Below, one piece after another: positions 43,694 through 55,270 of a stretch of DNA of 64,000 bases; position 1 is the stretch's first letter; every line of letters starts with the position of its first letter. The notes under the pieces are model-generated. The model did no database searches. It saw only the letters and a list, made by a program, of their open reading frames with translations, and had not been told where the DNA came from. The position numbers were made by a program, and so were the translations under genes. This stretch comes from an uncultured Chloroflexia bacterium (lineage in GTDB: Bacteria; Chloroflexota; Limnocylindria; Limnocylindrales; CSP1-4). The stretch is taken from NCBI GenBank assembly GCA_963710105.1, contig CAVPYV010000002.1:116972-180971 (forward strand), written 5' to 3'.

Positions 43694-43722
43694 ACCGTAC
43701 AGGAACGTCCCGCAGCCTGCAA
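43694..43722 (-). promoter_or_regulatory. sigma70-type promoter for the small-ORF unit
   Basis: TTGCAG (43722-43717), 17 nt, TACGGT (43699-43694). Confidence 0.55.
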
Positions 43723-43809
43723 GCACGCATTGCGCGTCCGCCCCGCGTTCGCGGTGCGCTCGGACCCCGCGCCGGCGGGCACCGCGCCGGGCCTCCGGCG
43801 ACCGACCGC

Positions 43810-45279
43810 TCAGGCGGCCTTCGGCAGTGCCGTCGGGACCGCGGCCGCGTCCTTCGTCAGCAGCTCGACGGCCTTGTCGAGCGCCGGGTCGTTGTCCGGG
43901 CCGGCGTCGGCCGGCGTCGTGACCGGCACGTCCGGGATGATCCCGACGTGATGGATCCAGTGCTTGTCGGGGGTGAGCCACTTGGCGATCGTCAGCTTCA
44001 GGGCCGAGCCGTTCTGGAGCTGGATCCACTGCTGGACCGTGCCCTTGCCGAACGACGTCTCGCCGACGATCGTCGCCCGCTTCCGATCCTGGAGCGCGCC
44101 GGCCACGATCTCGCTGGCGGATGCCGAGCCCTTGTCGACGAGGACGACGAGCTTGATCGACTCGTCGGTCGCGATCCCCTGGCCGGTCGCGTCGGTCGGC
44201 GTCTGCGTCCCGTCGGCGTCCTGCTCCCAGAAGATCGGACCGTCCTTGATGAACTCGCTCGCGATCGCCCGGGCGGCCGTGACGTAGCCGCCCGGATCGC
44301 CGCGGAGATCGAGGATGATCCGCTTCTTGCCGGCCTTGAGGTCGGCCTGCAGGGCATCATGGAACTTCGTCTGCGAGTTGTCGGAGAAGCCGGTGACCGC
44401 GATGTAGCCGACCGTCCCGCCGGCGAGGTCCTTGCTGATGACCTCCTTGGAGACGATGACGTCGCGGACGACGGTGATGTCGATCGGGGCCGCCTTCGCC
44501 CGGACGATCGACAGGACCACCTCGGTCCCCTTCTTGCCGCGGATCTTGTTCCGTGCGCCGTCGACGGTCAGCCCGTCGAGCGAGGTCCCGTCGACGGCGA
44601 GGATCGTGTCGCCGGCCTTGATCCCGGCCTTCTCCGAGGGCGAGCCCTCGATCGGGGTGATCACCACGAGGCGGCAATCCGGCCCGAGGGTCGTGCAGTC
44701 GGACGTCTCGCCCTTCGCGTTCTGGGTGCCGATCTCGGCGCCGATCCCCTCGAACGAACCGGACAGGTCCTGCAGCCCCTGGCTGTACTGCTCGGGCGTC
44801 AGGTAGGCGGAGTAGGGGTCGCCGAGCAAATCGACCATCCCCTTGATCGCCCCGTCGATCAGGCTCTTCTGGTCCTCGCCGCCGAGCGCGAACCGCTTGA
44901 GGATCGTGTCGTAGCTGTCCCAGAACGGCTGGAACGCCTGCTCCGAGGCGACCGGCGTGCCAGGCTGCTCGACGCTCCGTTGGCCGACGAGGAAGCCCGA
45001 CACGAAGAGCGCGCCGCCGGCCAGGACGGAGACGACGATCGTCGCGAGGGCGAGGATCGGGCCGCGGGCGGTCGAGGCCGGCCGCGGGGCGGCCGGCGGG
45101 GCGACAGGCTCGGTCGGCACGGGCGGGATCGCCGGGGACGCCTCGGCCACGGCAGGAGCCTCGGCGGCCGCGGCCGGGTCGCCGCCGCGCTCCGCAGCGA
45201 AGGGCGCCTGCGCGTCTTCGCCGAATTCGGGCGGAATGGAGCCGGCGGAAGCGAGCTCGCGGTGGTCGGGAGGGAGCAT
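43810..45279 (-). CDS. S41 C-terminal processing protease (CtpA/Prc-like)
   Basis: TM anchor, LGDPYSAYL, FEGIGAEI, PDZ domain, ILDLRGDPGG, SASASEIVAGALQD and SFGKGTVQ. Confidence 0.93.
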   Translation of the reverse strand: MLPPDHRELASAGSIPPEFGEDAQAPFAAERGGDPAAAAEAPAVAEASPAIPPVPTEPVAPPAAPRPASTARGPILALATIVVSVLAGGALFVSGFLVGQRSVEQPGTPVASEQAFQPFWDSYDTILKRFALGGEDQKSLIDGAIKGMVDLLGDPYSAYLTPEQYSQGLQDLSGSFEGIGAEIGTQNAKGETSDCTTLGPDCRLVVITPIEGSPSEKAGIKAGDTILAVDGTSLDGLTVDGARNKIRGKKGTEVVLSIVRAKAAPIDITVVRDVIVSKEVISKDLAGGTVGYIAVTGFSDNSQTKFHDALQADLKAGKKRIILDLRGDPGGYVTAARAIASEFIKDGPIFWEQDADGTQTPTDATGQGIATDESIKLVVLVDKGSASASEIVAGALQDRKRATIVGETSFGKGTVQQWIQLQNGSALKLTIAKWLTPDKHWIHHVGIIPDVPVTTPADAGPDNDPALDKAVELLTKDAAAVPTALPKAA

Positions 45280-45445
45280 CGAGGACGTGGTTCTCCGCTG
45301 TGCGTGGCGGGCGGGGGGACAGCCTACACCCGCGTCTGCCGGAATCTACGTGGACGGTCGGCCCGGCGGATGGACCGTGTACGGAACTTCATCGAATGAT
45401 CGCCCGATGCACGCCGGCCGCCTCGGCCCGATGGTCCTGCGACCG

Positions 45446-46336
45446 TCAGCGGATCAGGTAGGTCCGGACCGACAGCCACGACCCGAGGACCCCGAGCCCG
45501 AGCCCGGCCGCGGTCACGATCACGACCAGGTCGCGGGCGAGCGTGTCGAAGCTGAGCGGCAGGACGCGGAAGAAGTCGACCATGAAGCTGCCGATCGGGT
45601 CGGCCAGGACGTACAGCCCGCCGAGGGTGATCGCCGCCCCGAGCAGCCCGACCATCGCCCCCTCGAACACGAACGGCCAGCGGATGAACGCGTCGGACGC
45701 GCCGACGAGCCGCATGATCTCGATCTCCTCGTGGCGGGCGACCACCGCGAGGCGGATCGTGTTGACGATGATGAACAGGACGATCACGCCGATCACGACC
45801 AGGATCGCGCTGCCGGCCGTCCGCATGATGTCAGTCACGGTCTTGACGTTCTGGGCGGTCTCCTTCGTGTCGAGCACGTTCCGGACGGCCGGGTTCCGCG
45901 TCGGCTGGAGGGCGGCCGCGACCGGGCCGGCGAAGCTCGGGTCGGTGAGCTTGACCTCGTAGCTCGGCGGGAACGGGTTCGTGTCGAGGTACTTCGAGAG
46001 GTCCTCGCGGCCCTGGTCCTTCATGCTCTGCTGGAACCGGGCCAGGGCCTGCTCGCGGGTGACGAGGGTCACGCCGGCGACGCCCGGCATCGCCCGGATC
46101 GTCTGGCCGAGGGTCGCCGCCGCCTCGGGCGTGGTGTCGACGTTCATGTTCACCTGGACCTCGACCTTCAATTCGGTGAAGTCGAGGGCCGAGAGCAGGC
46201 CAGTCTGGAGGATCCAGAAGCCCGCCAGGAGGAGGAGCATCAGGACCATCGTCGCGGTCGCGGCGAGGGACATCAGGGCGTTCCGCCAGAAGCCCTGCCA
46301 GGCGCGGCGGAGGCTGAACACGACGAAGCCGATCAT
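45446..46336 (-). CDS. ftsX: cell division permease FtsX
   Basis: FWRNALMS, NPFPPSYEV, IVNTIRL and EIEIMRLVGASDAFIRWPFVFEG. Confidence 0.93.
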   Translation of the reverse strand: MIGFVVFSLRRAWQGFWRNALMSLAATATMVLMLLLLAGFWILQTGLLSALDFTELKVEVQVNMNVDTTPEAAATLGQTIRAMPGVAGVTLVTREQALARFQQSMKDQGREDLSKYLDTNPFPPSYEVKLTDPSFAGPVAAALQPTRNPAVRNVLDTKETAQNVKTVTDIMRTAGSAILVVIGVIVLFIIVNTIRLAVVARHEEIEIMRLVGASDAFIRWPFVFEGAMVGLLGAAITLGGLYVLADPIGSFMVDFFRVLPLSFDTLARDLVVIVTAAGLGLGVLGSWLSVRTYLIR

Positions 46337-46339
46337 GGC

Positions 46340-47131
46340 TCAGTCCGAGCGGTGATAGGCACCGCCCACCTCGTCGCGGATGATCCGGCCCTCCTCGAGG
46401 GCGACGACCCGCTTGCGGAGCGCGGTCACGACATCCGCGTCGTGGGTCGCCATCAGCACCGTCACCCCGAGCTCGTTGATCCGGAGGAGGAGCTGGATGA
46501 TCTCCCAGCTGATCAGCGGGTCGAGGTTGCCGGTCGGCTCGTCGGCGATGATCAGCTTCGGGTCGTGGACGAGGGCCCGGGCGATCGCGGTCCGCTGCTG
46601 CTCCCCGCCCGACAGCTGGCTCGGCAGCTGGGCGCGCTGCGCGGTCAGCCCGACGAGGGCGAGCACCCGGTCCACCGCCGGGCGGATCCGGCGGCGCGGC
46701 GAGCCGGTGACCTCGAGGGCGAAGGCGACGTTCTCCCAGACGCTCTTCTGGGGGAGGAGCTTGAAGTCCTGGAAGACGATCCCGATCTTTCGCCGGATCT
46801 TCGGGACCGCGCGGCGCGGCAGCCGGGCGAGATCGTGGCCGTCGAGGACGACCTGGCCCTGGGTGGCGATCTCGTCGCGGATCAGGAGCTTGATGATCGT
46901 CGACTTGCCGGCGCCGCTCGGGCCGACGAGGAACACGAAGTCGCCCTCGGGGATCACGAGGTCGACGTCGCGCAGCGCCGTCTTGCCGTTGGGATAGGTC
47001 TTCGTGACGTCGTGCAGGACGAGGACCGCCCGGTCCGCGGCGGCGTCGTCGCGGCCGCGGCGCAGGAGCCGCTCGCGGATCGAGCGCGCTGCGGCGGGCG
47101 GGGGCGAGGCGATGGTCAAGATCGGCTCCAC
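46340..47131 (-). CDS. ftsE: cell division ATP-binding protein FtsE (start approximate)
   Basis: 3' part of ORF 46340..48127; [31 protein letters not shown] and [10 protein letters not shown]. Confidence 0.93.
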   Translation of the reverse strand: MEPILTIASPPPAAARSIRERLLRRGRDDAAADRAVLVLHDVTKTYPNGKTALRDVDLVIPEGDFVFLVGPSGAGKSTIIKLLIRDEIATQGQVVLDGHDLARLPRRAVPKIRRKIGIVFQDFKLLPQKSVWENVAFALEVTGSPRRRIRPAVDRVLALVGLTAQRAQLPSQLSGGEQQRTAIARALVHDPKLIIADEPTGNLDPLISWEIIQLLLRINELGVTVLMATHDADVVTALRKRVVALEEGRIIRDEVGGAYHRSD

Positions 47132-47273
47132 GGTCTGGCGGTCGGCTGACCGGCGGCCGGCGCGGTCAGCGGGACTCCATCCGGGGGCACGAGAGGCGGA
47201 GCCACGTCGATCCGAGGCTACCATCGCTCGCGACCGGGCGCCAACCGCCCGGAGCTCAGCGGAGCCGGGAAGC

Positions 47274-48332
47274 TCAGAGGAGGCCCGGCGAGACCGGGAG
47301 GTAGCGGCCGAAGTCCGCGAACGGCTGGTCCCAGCAGAGGAGCACGGGAAAGCCGTCGAAGCGGAAGCCCGCCCGGAGGAGCGGGACGACGGCCTCGCCG
47401 GCGCTGCCCGGGACCCAGATGCCGAACGCGCCGCGCGGCCGGACGGCGCCGAGCAGGTGGCCGAGGACCGGGCCGAGGAGGGCGCCGTCGCGAACGGCCA
47501 CCGGCCCGACCCGGCCGGCCTCCGAGGTGTAGCCGTAGCCGACCGCCTCGCCGCTCCGGTCGCGGAACAGGAAGCCGAGCCGGCCCTCCCGATCGTGGAA
47601 CGGATGATCGGGCGACCGATCGAACCCGGCAGCGTCGCGGTCGAGCGAGGTGAGCTCGGCCGCCAGGGCCGACCGGCCGAGGCCGTCGGCGGCGTCGGGG
47701 ACCTCGTCGAAGCCGATCGCCTCGATGCCGTCCGGCAGGCGCTCGAACGCGCCATGACGTTCGGGCAGCCCGACGAGGCGGAGGAGGGGAACCCGCGGCA
47801 CGAGCCCGAGCGACCCGTACAGCCCGTTCGAGATCGGCTGGGCGCTGTCGGTGGCGGTCGCCCGCCACACGGCGTCGGGTGCCGCGGGATCCGCGGCCGC
47901 GCCCGGCAGCGCCATCGCGAGGAGCGTCCGGCCGAGGCCGCGGCCCTGGGCCGGCGGGCGGACGAAGAGCATCGACAGGAAGGCGAGGCGCTCGCGGCGG
48001 ACGACGACGACGAAGGCGTCGATCGTCCCGGGACCGCCGCCGCGAGGGCCCCGGCCTCCGTCGATCCCCGTCGCGGCCCGTTCGGCGACGAGGAACGTCG
48101 TCGGGTCGGTCGCGAGGAGGTGGGCATAGAGGCGCAGGATCGCCGCGAAGTCGTCGGGGATCTCGGGCTGGGCGAGCTTGCCGAGGTAGTCGTTCAGCGC
48201 ATCGCGCCAGATGGCGGCGCAGGTCGCGAGGTCGTCGGCCATCGCCGGTCGGACGACGTGCCCGGAGCCGGGGGAATTGCTCGCGGCGAGCGGCTGGGTC
48301 ACGACCCGGTCAGGAGCGGAGCCGGCGGTCAT
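47274..48332 (-). CDS. tandem-GNAT acetyltransferase
   Basis: 3' part of ORF 47274..49274; ATG 48332 overlaps the prfB stop; LFVRPPAQGRGLGRTLL, GLYGSLG and GRVGPVAV. Confidence 0.8.
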   Translation of the reverse strand: MTAGSAPDRVVTQPLAASNSPGSGHVVRPAMADDLATCAAIWRDALNDYLGKLAQPEIPDDFAAILRLYAHLLATDPTTFLVAERAATGIDGGRGPRGGGPGTIDAFVVVVRRERLAFLSMLFVRPPAQGRGLGRTLLAMALPGAAADPAAPDAVWRATATDSAQPISNGLYGSLGLVPRVPLLRLVGLPERHGAFERLPDGIEAIGFDEVPDAADGLGRSALAAELTSLDRDAAGFDRSPDHPFHDREGRLGFLFRDRSGEAVGYGYTSEAGRVGPVAVRDGALLGPVLGHLLGAVRPRGAFGIWVPGSAGEAVVPLLRAGFRFDGFPVLLCWDQPFADFGRYLPVSPGLL

Positions 48333-49466
48333 GCCTCGTCCGCGTCGTCGTCGGCGGCGCCGGCCGCGCGCCCGCCGCCGGTCGCCAGGCGCTCGAGCTC
48401 GGCCTGCATGAAGGCGTCGAGATCGCCGTCGAGGACGGCCTGGGTGTTGCCCGTCTCGTGGCCGGTCCGGAGGTCCTTGACCATCTGGTAGGGGTGGAGG
48501 ACGTAGCTCCGGATCTGGTTGCCCCAGCCGGCCTCGACGTGCTCGCCCTTCAGCTTGCGGACCTCGGCCTCCTGCTCCTCCAGGGCCCGCTCGAGGAGAC
48601 GCGCCTTCAGGACCCGGATCGCCATCTCCTTGTTCTGGGTCTGGCTCCGCTCGTTCTGGCTCTGGGCGACGATCCCGGTCTTGAGGTCGGTCAGGCGGAC
48701 GGCCGAATCGGTCTTGTTGACATGCTGGCCGCCGGCCCCCTGGGAGCGGAACGTGTCGACCCGGATCTCGTCCCAGTTCAGCTCGATCTCGATGTCGTCG
48801 TCGGCCTCGGGCAGGACCTCGACGAGGGCGAACGTCGTCTGGCGCCGCTTCTGCGAGTCGAACGGGCTGATCCGGACGAGGCGATGGACGCCGCGCTCGG
48901 CGCGCATCCAGCCGTAGGCGGCCCGGCCGTCGATCTCGACCGTCGCGCTCTTGATCCCGGCCTGCTCGCCTTCCTGCTGGTCGACGATCTCGGTCTTGTA
49001 GCGGTGGCGCTCGGCCCAGCGGAGGTACATCCGGAGGAGCATCTCGGCCCAGTCGGTCGCCTCCGTCCCGCCCGCCCCGGCGCTGATCGAGAGGATCGCC
49101 CCGCCCTGGTCGTACTCGCCCGAGAAGAGGAGGGCCGTCCGCTCCCGCCCGAAGTCCGATTCGAGGGCGCCGACCTCGCGGTCGAGCTCCGCGGTCAGCT
49201 CGGCGTCGCCGGATTCCTCGACGAGCTCGAGGGTCGTGAGGAGGTCGTCGGCGCGGCGCTCGAAGCCGCGCCACAGCTCGATGTCGGAGCGCAGGCCGTT
49301 GGCCTCGCGGAGGACCTTCTGGGCGGACCGCTGGTCGTCCCAGAAGCCCGGCTCGCTGGTCAGCGCCTCGAGCTGGGCGACGCGGCGTTCCTTCGTCGCG
49401 AGGTCAAAGATGCCCCGAGGTCGACCGAATCCGCTCGGCCAGGTCGCGAACGGTGGAGGCGTCCAC
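48329..49466 (-). CDS. prfB: peptide chain release factor 2 with programmed +1 frameshift (join 49466..49407, 49405..48329; 378 aa)
   Basis: GTG...GGG CAT CTT TGA C CTC slippery site at 49409-49403; after the shift: FWDDQ, GVHRLVRISPF (SPF) and GAGGQHVNKT. Confidence 0.96.
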
Positions 49467-49691
49467 TCAGTTGCGAGCCTGGAGGTCCTGGAGCAGGATC
49501 GGACGGAGCTCGATGAGGCGCAGGGCCGACTTGCTCCGGGCGACGACGGGGTTCACGCAGGGGCAGTAGCTGTTGTGGGGGCAGACGCCGCAATTGCCGT
49601 CGCAGTCGAGGGCGGCCGCGTAACTGCAGTTCCGGCAGTCGCGCTCACAGGCAATCAGATCGACGAACGACGCTTCCTCGGCCTGCTTCAA
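49467..49691 (-). CDS. 8-Cys microprotein (74 aa), probable metal or Fe-S binder
   Basis: 3' part of ORF 49467..49892; TTG start after GAGAGGGA; C-x3-C-x2-C-x7-C-x3-C-x2-C-x5-C-x-C. Confidence 0.65.
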   Translation of the reverse strand: MKQAEEASFVDLIACERDCRNCSYAAALDCDGNCGVCPHNSYCPCVNPVVARSKSALRLIELRPILLQDLQARN

Positions 49692-49789
49692 CTCGTCCCT
49701 CTCTCTGAACTGGGCAGGGCTTGGGGGGCGCGGAGCGCGTGCGACTCGAGGATCCTGGCCGATCGCCGGAGTCGCGGGGATTTGGCCGG

Positions 49790-49818
49790 AGTATAGGCCC
49801 TCGATCCCCTGCGGCCAA
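49790..49818 (-). promoter_or_regulatory. sigma70-type promoter for the Cys-protein/prfB operon
   Basis: TTGGCC (49818-49813), 17 nt, TATACT (49795-49790). Confidence 0.7.
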
Positions 49819-49923
49819 GAGGGAGAACCGGAAGTTTCGCGGATCGAGTCGATTGTCCCAGCCTCGCCGCGGCGATCGGACGTCGTCGCCACAAACCGCG
49901 GCCGGGACGCCCTCCGGGCGGCG

Positions 49924-50520
49924 TCAGAGCGTCTGGCCGGTGAGGAAGTAGAGCGTCAGGCCGCCGAGCTCATGGACCGTCGCCCAGAGGCGATCGGCCG
50001 GGGTGGAATCGCTCGGGCTCGTGGCCGTCGGCGAGCCGTAGGCGGCGATCCCCTCGTCGCGGGCGATCCGGAGGACCCGCAGCATGTGTGTCCGATCGGA
50101 GACGAACACCGCGCTCGTCAGGCCGTGGTCGCGGAGGACCGTCGCGGCCGAGCGGAGCGACTCGAGGGTGGTCCGGCCGCGATCCTCGGACAGGATGGCG
50201 GCGGCCGGCACGCCGCGCTGGATGGCGAAGGCACGGGCTGTCGCGGCCTCGGTCGTCACGTCGCCGTCCGCCTTGCCGCCGGTCACGAAGAGGTACGGGG
50301 CGACGCCGGCGTGATAGAGGTCGATCGCGTGGTCGAGCCGGGCCTTGAGGATCGCCGACGGCCGGCCGTTGTACTGGGCGGCGCCGAGGACGACGATCGC
50401 GTCGGCTGTGCGCCTGTCGTCGCGGTTGCCGATGTCCCAGATCCGGTAGCTCGTCCAGCCGGCCACGAGCAGTGCCCCGACGATCGCGGCGAGGACGAGG
50501 CGGCCGAGGTTGCGGAGCAT
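49924..50520 (-). CDS. YdcF/DUF218 (SanA/ElyC-like) envelope protein
   Basis: ADAIVVLGAA, LKARLDHA, VTGG, EDRGRTT-x-ES, VSD-x2-HM-x-R and HELGG. Confidence 0.9.
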   Translation of the reverse strand: MLRNLGRLVLAAIVGALLVAGWTSYRIWDIGNRDDRRTADAIVVLGAAQYNGRPSAILKARLDHAIDLYHAGVAPYLFVTGGKADGDVTTEAATARAFAIQRGVPAAAILSEDRGRTTLESLRSAATVLRDHGLTSAVFVSDRTHMLRVLRIARDEGIAAYGSPTATSPSDSTPADRLWATVHELGGLTLYFLTGQTL

Positions 50521-50659
50521 GCCCGGCGTCAGCGGCGTGGCGCGGCGCGGCGCCCGACGACGGCGGCGGGCCGCCCGACGACGGCGGCCGGGACGGCGAC
50601 ATCGGCCGGGACGGCGACGGCGACCGCGCCGGGCGGGTCAGGCTGAGCGGGCCACCAAT

Positions 50660-53674
<3,015 letters not shown>

Positions 53675-53821
53675 GGCCGGTGAAGTATAGGGTCCGTGCC
53701 GCTGAACCCCGGCGGGGGTGGTGGCCGGGCTGCCGGGGGGCGCCGCGGGGCTGCGGGGCGCCGCGGCGGCTGCAGGGCGCCGCCGAGACCGCGGGGGCGC
53801 GGCGGGGGGCCCGCCGGGCCC

Positions 53822-54060
53822 GGATCTCGGCATTCGGGCGAGCGTCGCTCGATACGCGCCCGAAGGCAGCGAATCTTCGGTATTCGGGCGAGGCTCGCCT
53901 GGTGCGCGCCGGCCGGGCCTGGATCTGCCCCGGATCCTCGGCATTCGGGCGAGCGTCGCCCGGTAGACGGCAGGTTCGAGGCGGCCCGAGCGTGCGCTTC
54001 GCGGCTTCCGCCGCCGGTGCGCCGCGTAACGGGCGAGCGTCGCCCGGATGCCGGAGATCT
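53822..54060. repeat. cluster of four REP-like palindromic elements
   Basis: Units at about 53822, 53871 and 53932 (+) and 54060-54022 (-) share G-x-ATC...CGG(C/T)AT(T/C)CGGGCGA-N3-TCGC(C/T)(C/T)G. Confidence 0.7.
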
Positions 54061-54101
54061 GGATGGGGGGGCGGCCGCGAGCCGGAACCCGGCTCCGCGG
54101 C

Positions 54102-54195
54102 GACCCGGCGCCGGAGCGGCGACCCGGAGCCGACCCGGAGCGGCGACCCGGCGCCGGAGCGCGACCCGGAGCAGACCCGGAGCCGACCCGGAGCC
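54102..54195 (+). repeat. GACCCGG(A/C)GC minisatellite, 7 copies
   Basis: Copies at 54102, 54121, 54132, 54145, 54163, 54174 and 54185. Confidence 0.8.
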
Positions 54196-54930
54196 TCAGC
54201 CCTTCGCCAGGTTCACCAGGAACTCGAGCGTGCCGTGGTCCTCGACCGACACGAAGCCGCCGATGTTGGGCGGGTTGATCGCGAAGTCCGAGAACACCAC
54301 GTCGAGCGCGCCCTGGACCTGGATCAGGCTGCCATTGACCTGGGCGTTCGCCGCGATGTCGACCGTCTTCGTCACCCCGTGGAGGGTCAGGTCGCCGTGG
54401 AGGGTGACGGCCACGGCCGTGCCGGTCGCCGCCTCCGCCGGGACCGCGACCGGCGAGGTGAGGGTGAACGTCGAGGTCGGAAAGCTGTCGGTCTGGATCC
54501 CGTCGTTGCGCAACCGGTTGTCGCGCATCTGGCGGTCGCTCGCGAGGGTGGTCATGTCGACGTTGAACGCCGCCGCCGTCATGCTCAGCCCGCCGCCGCT
54601 CGACACGATCGTCACCGAGCCCGTGATCTCGTTCGTCCGGCCGACGGCGTCGCTGTCGGCGGACAGGCTGGCGAGGCGCTCGCGCACCCGGTAGCCGACG
54701 ACCGAGTCGGCCGCGATCGACCACGTCCCCGGGAGACTGGCCGCATCGAGACCGGCGCCCGATGCAGGCGGCAGGGAGGCGACCGGCCCGGACGCGGCGG
54801 CGCCCGCGCTCGGCAGGCTCAGCGGGGCGACCTCGTCGCCGCGCAGGAAGACCGCCCAGGCGACGGCGCCGCCCCCGACGGCAAGCAGGGCGATCACGAC
54901 GAGGGCGAGGAGGGCAGGTCTGGCGCTCAT
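54196..54930 (-). CDS. YceI-family lipid/polyisoprenoid-binding protein
   Basis: N-terminal TM, GTWSI-x3-SVVGYRVRE, VDMTTL-x-SD-x3-RDNRL and LHGDLTLHGVTKTV. Confidence 0.88.
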   Translation of the reverse strand: MSARPALLALVVIALLAVGGGAVAWAVFLRGDEVAPLSLPSAGAAASGPVASLPPASGAGLDAASLPGTWSIAADSVVGYRVRERLASLSADSDAVGRTNEITGSVTIVSSGGGLSMTAAAFNVDMTTLASDRQMRDNRLRNDGIQTDSFPTSTFTLTSPVAVPAEAATGTAVAVTLHGDLTLHGVTKTVDIAANAQVNGSLIQVQGALDVVFSDFAINPPNIGGFVSVEDHGTLEFLVNLAKG

Positions 54931-55018
54931 CGGGCCAGCGTTCCGGCGTCGGCTGAGCGGAGTCTGAGAGTCCCGGCCGGGACCCGCGCGGGTGCCCGAT
55001 CTGCGGACCGCGCCGGGC

Positions 55019-55270
55019 TCAGCTCCAGAAGTTCGTCCCGTACCCGACCACGAGGAGGATGAAGGTCAGCGCGCCGAGGCCGAGCCAGAAGAGCACCGCG
55101 ATCCCGGTCGAGGTCGGGTTCATCTCGGGGTTCTTCAGCTCGGGCAGCTTGCCGTCGCGGCGGTTCATCCCCCAGCGCGGGCTGGTCAGGCTGCGCCGCC
55201 AGTTCGTCTCGTTGACCGCGCGCGGCTCGACGCCGCCCTTGCCGTCCGGCCGATGGAGCTGGAGGCTCAT
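55019..55270 (-). CDS. small membrane protein (83 aa, C-terminal TM)
   Basis: 3' part of ORF 55019..56290; ATG 55270 overlaps the prs stop; GC3-rich codons; TM GIAVLFWLGLGALTFILLVVGY. Confidence 0.6.
   Translation of the reverse strand: MSLQLHRPDGKGGVEPRAVNETNWRRSLTSPRWGMNRRDGKLPELKNPEMNPTSTGIAVLFWLGLGALTFILLVVGYGTNFWS

Noticed and set aside
49467-49469. Selenocysteine recoding of the UGA before prfB
   Set aside because: No recognisable bacterial SECIS hairpin downstream, and the UGA is not at a Cys-equivalent position of the motif.
50521-50659. Short duplicated GC-rich words (GCCCGACGACGGCGGC x2, CGGCCGGGACGGCGAC x2) between secA and the ydcF-like gene
   Set aside because: Only two low-complexity copies each, which is expected in intergenic DNA of this GC content.
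54102-54195. Possible CRISPR array
   Set aside because: Repeats are about 10 nt with 1-9-nt non-unique spacers, and no cas genes are present.
53675-54724. Apparent 350-aa N-terminal extension of SecA (ORF 50660..54724)
   Set aside because: It runs through the yceI-like gene and the repeat region; a TATACT box just upstream of ATG 53674 supports the normal start.
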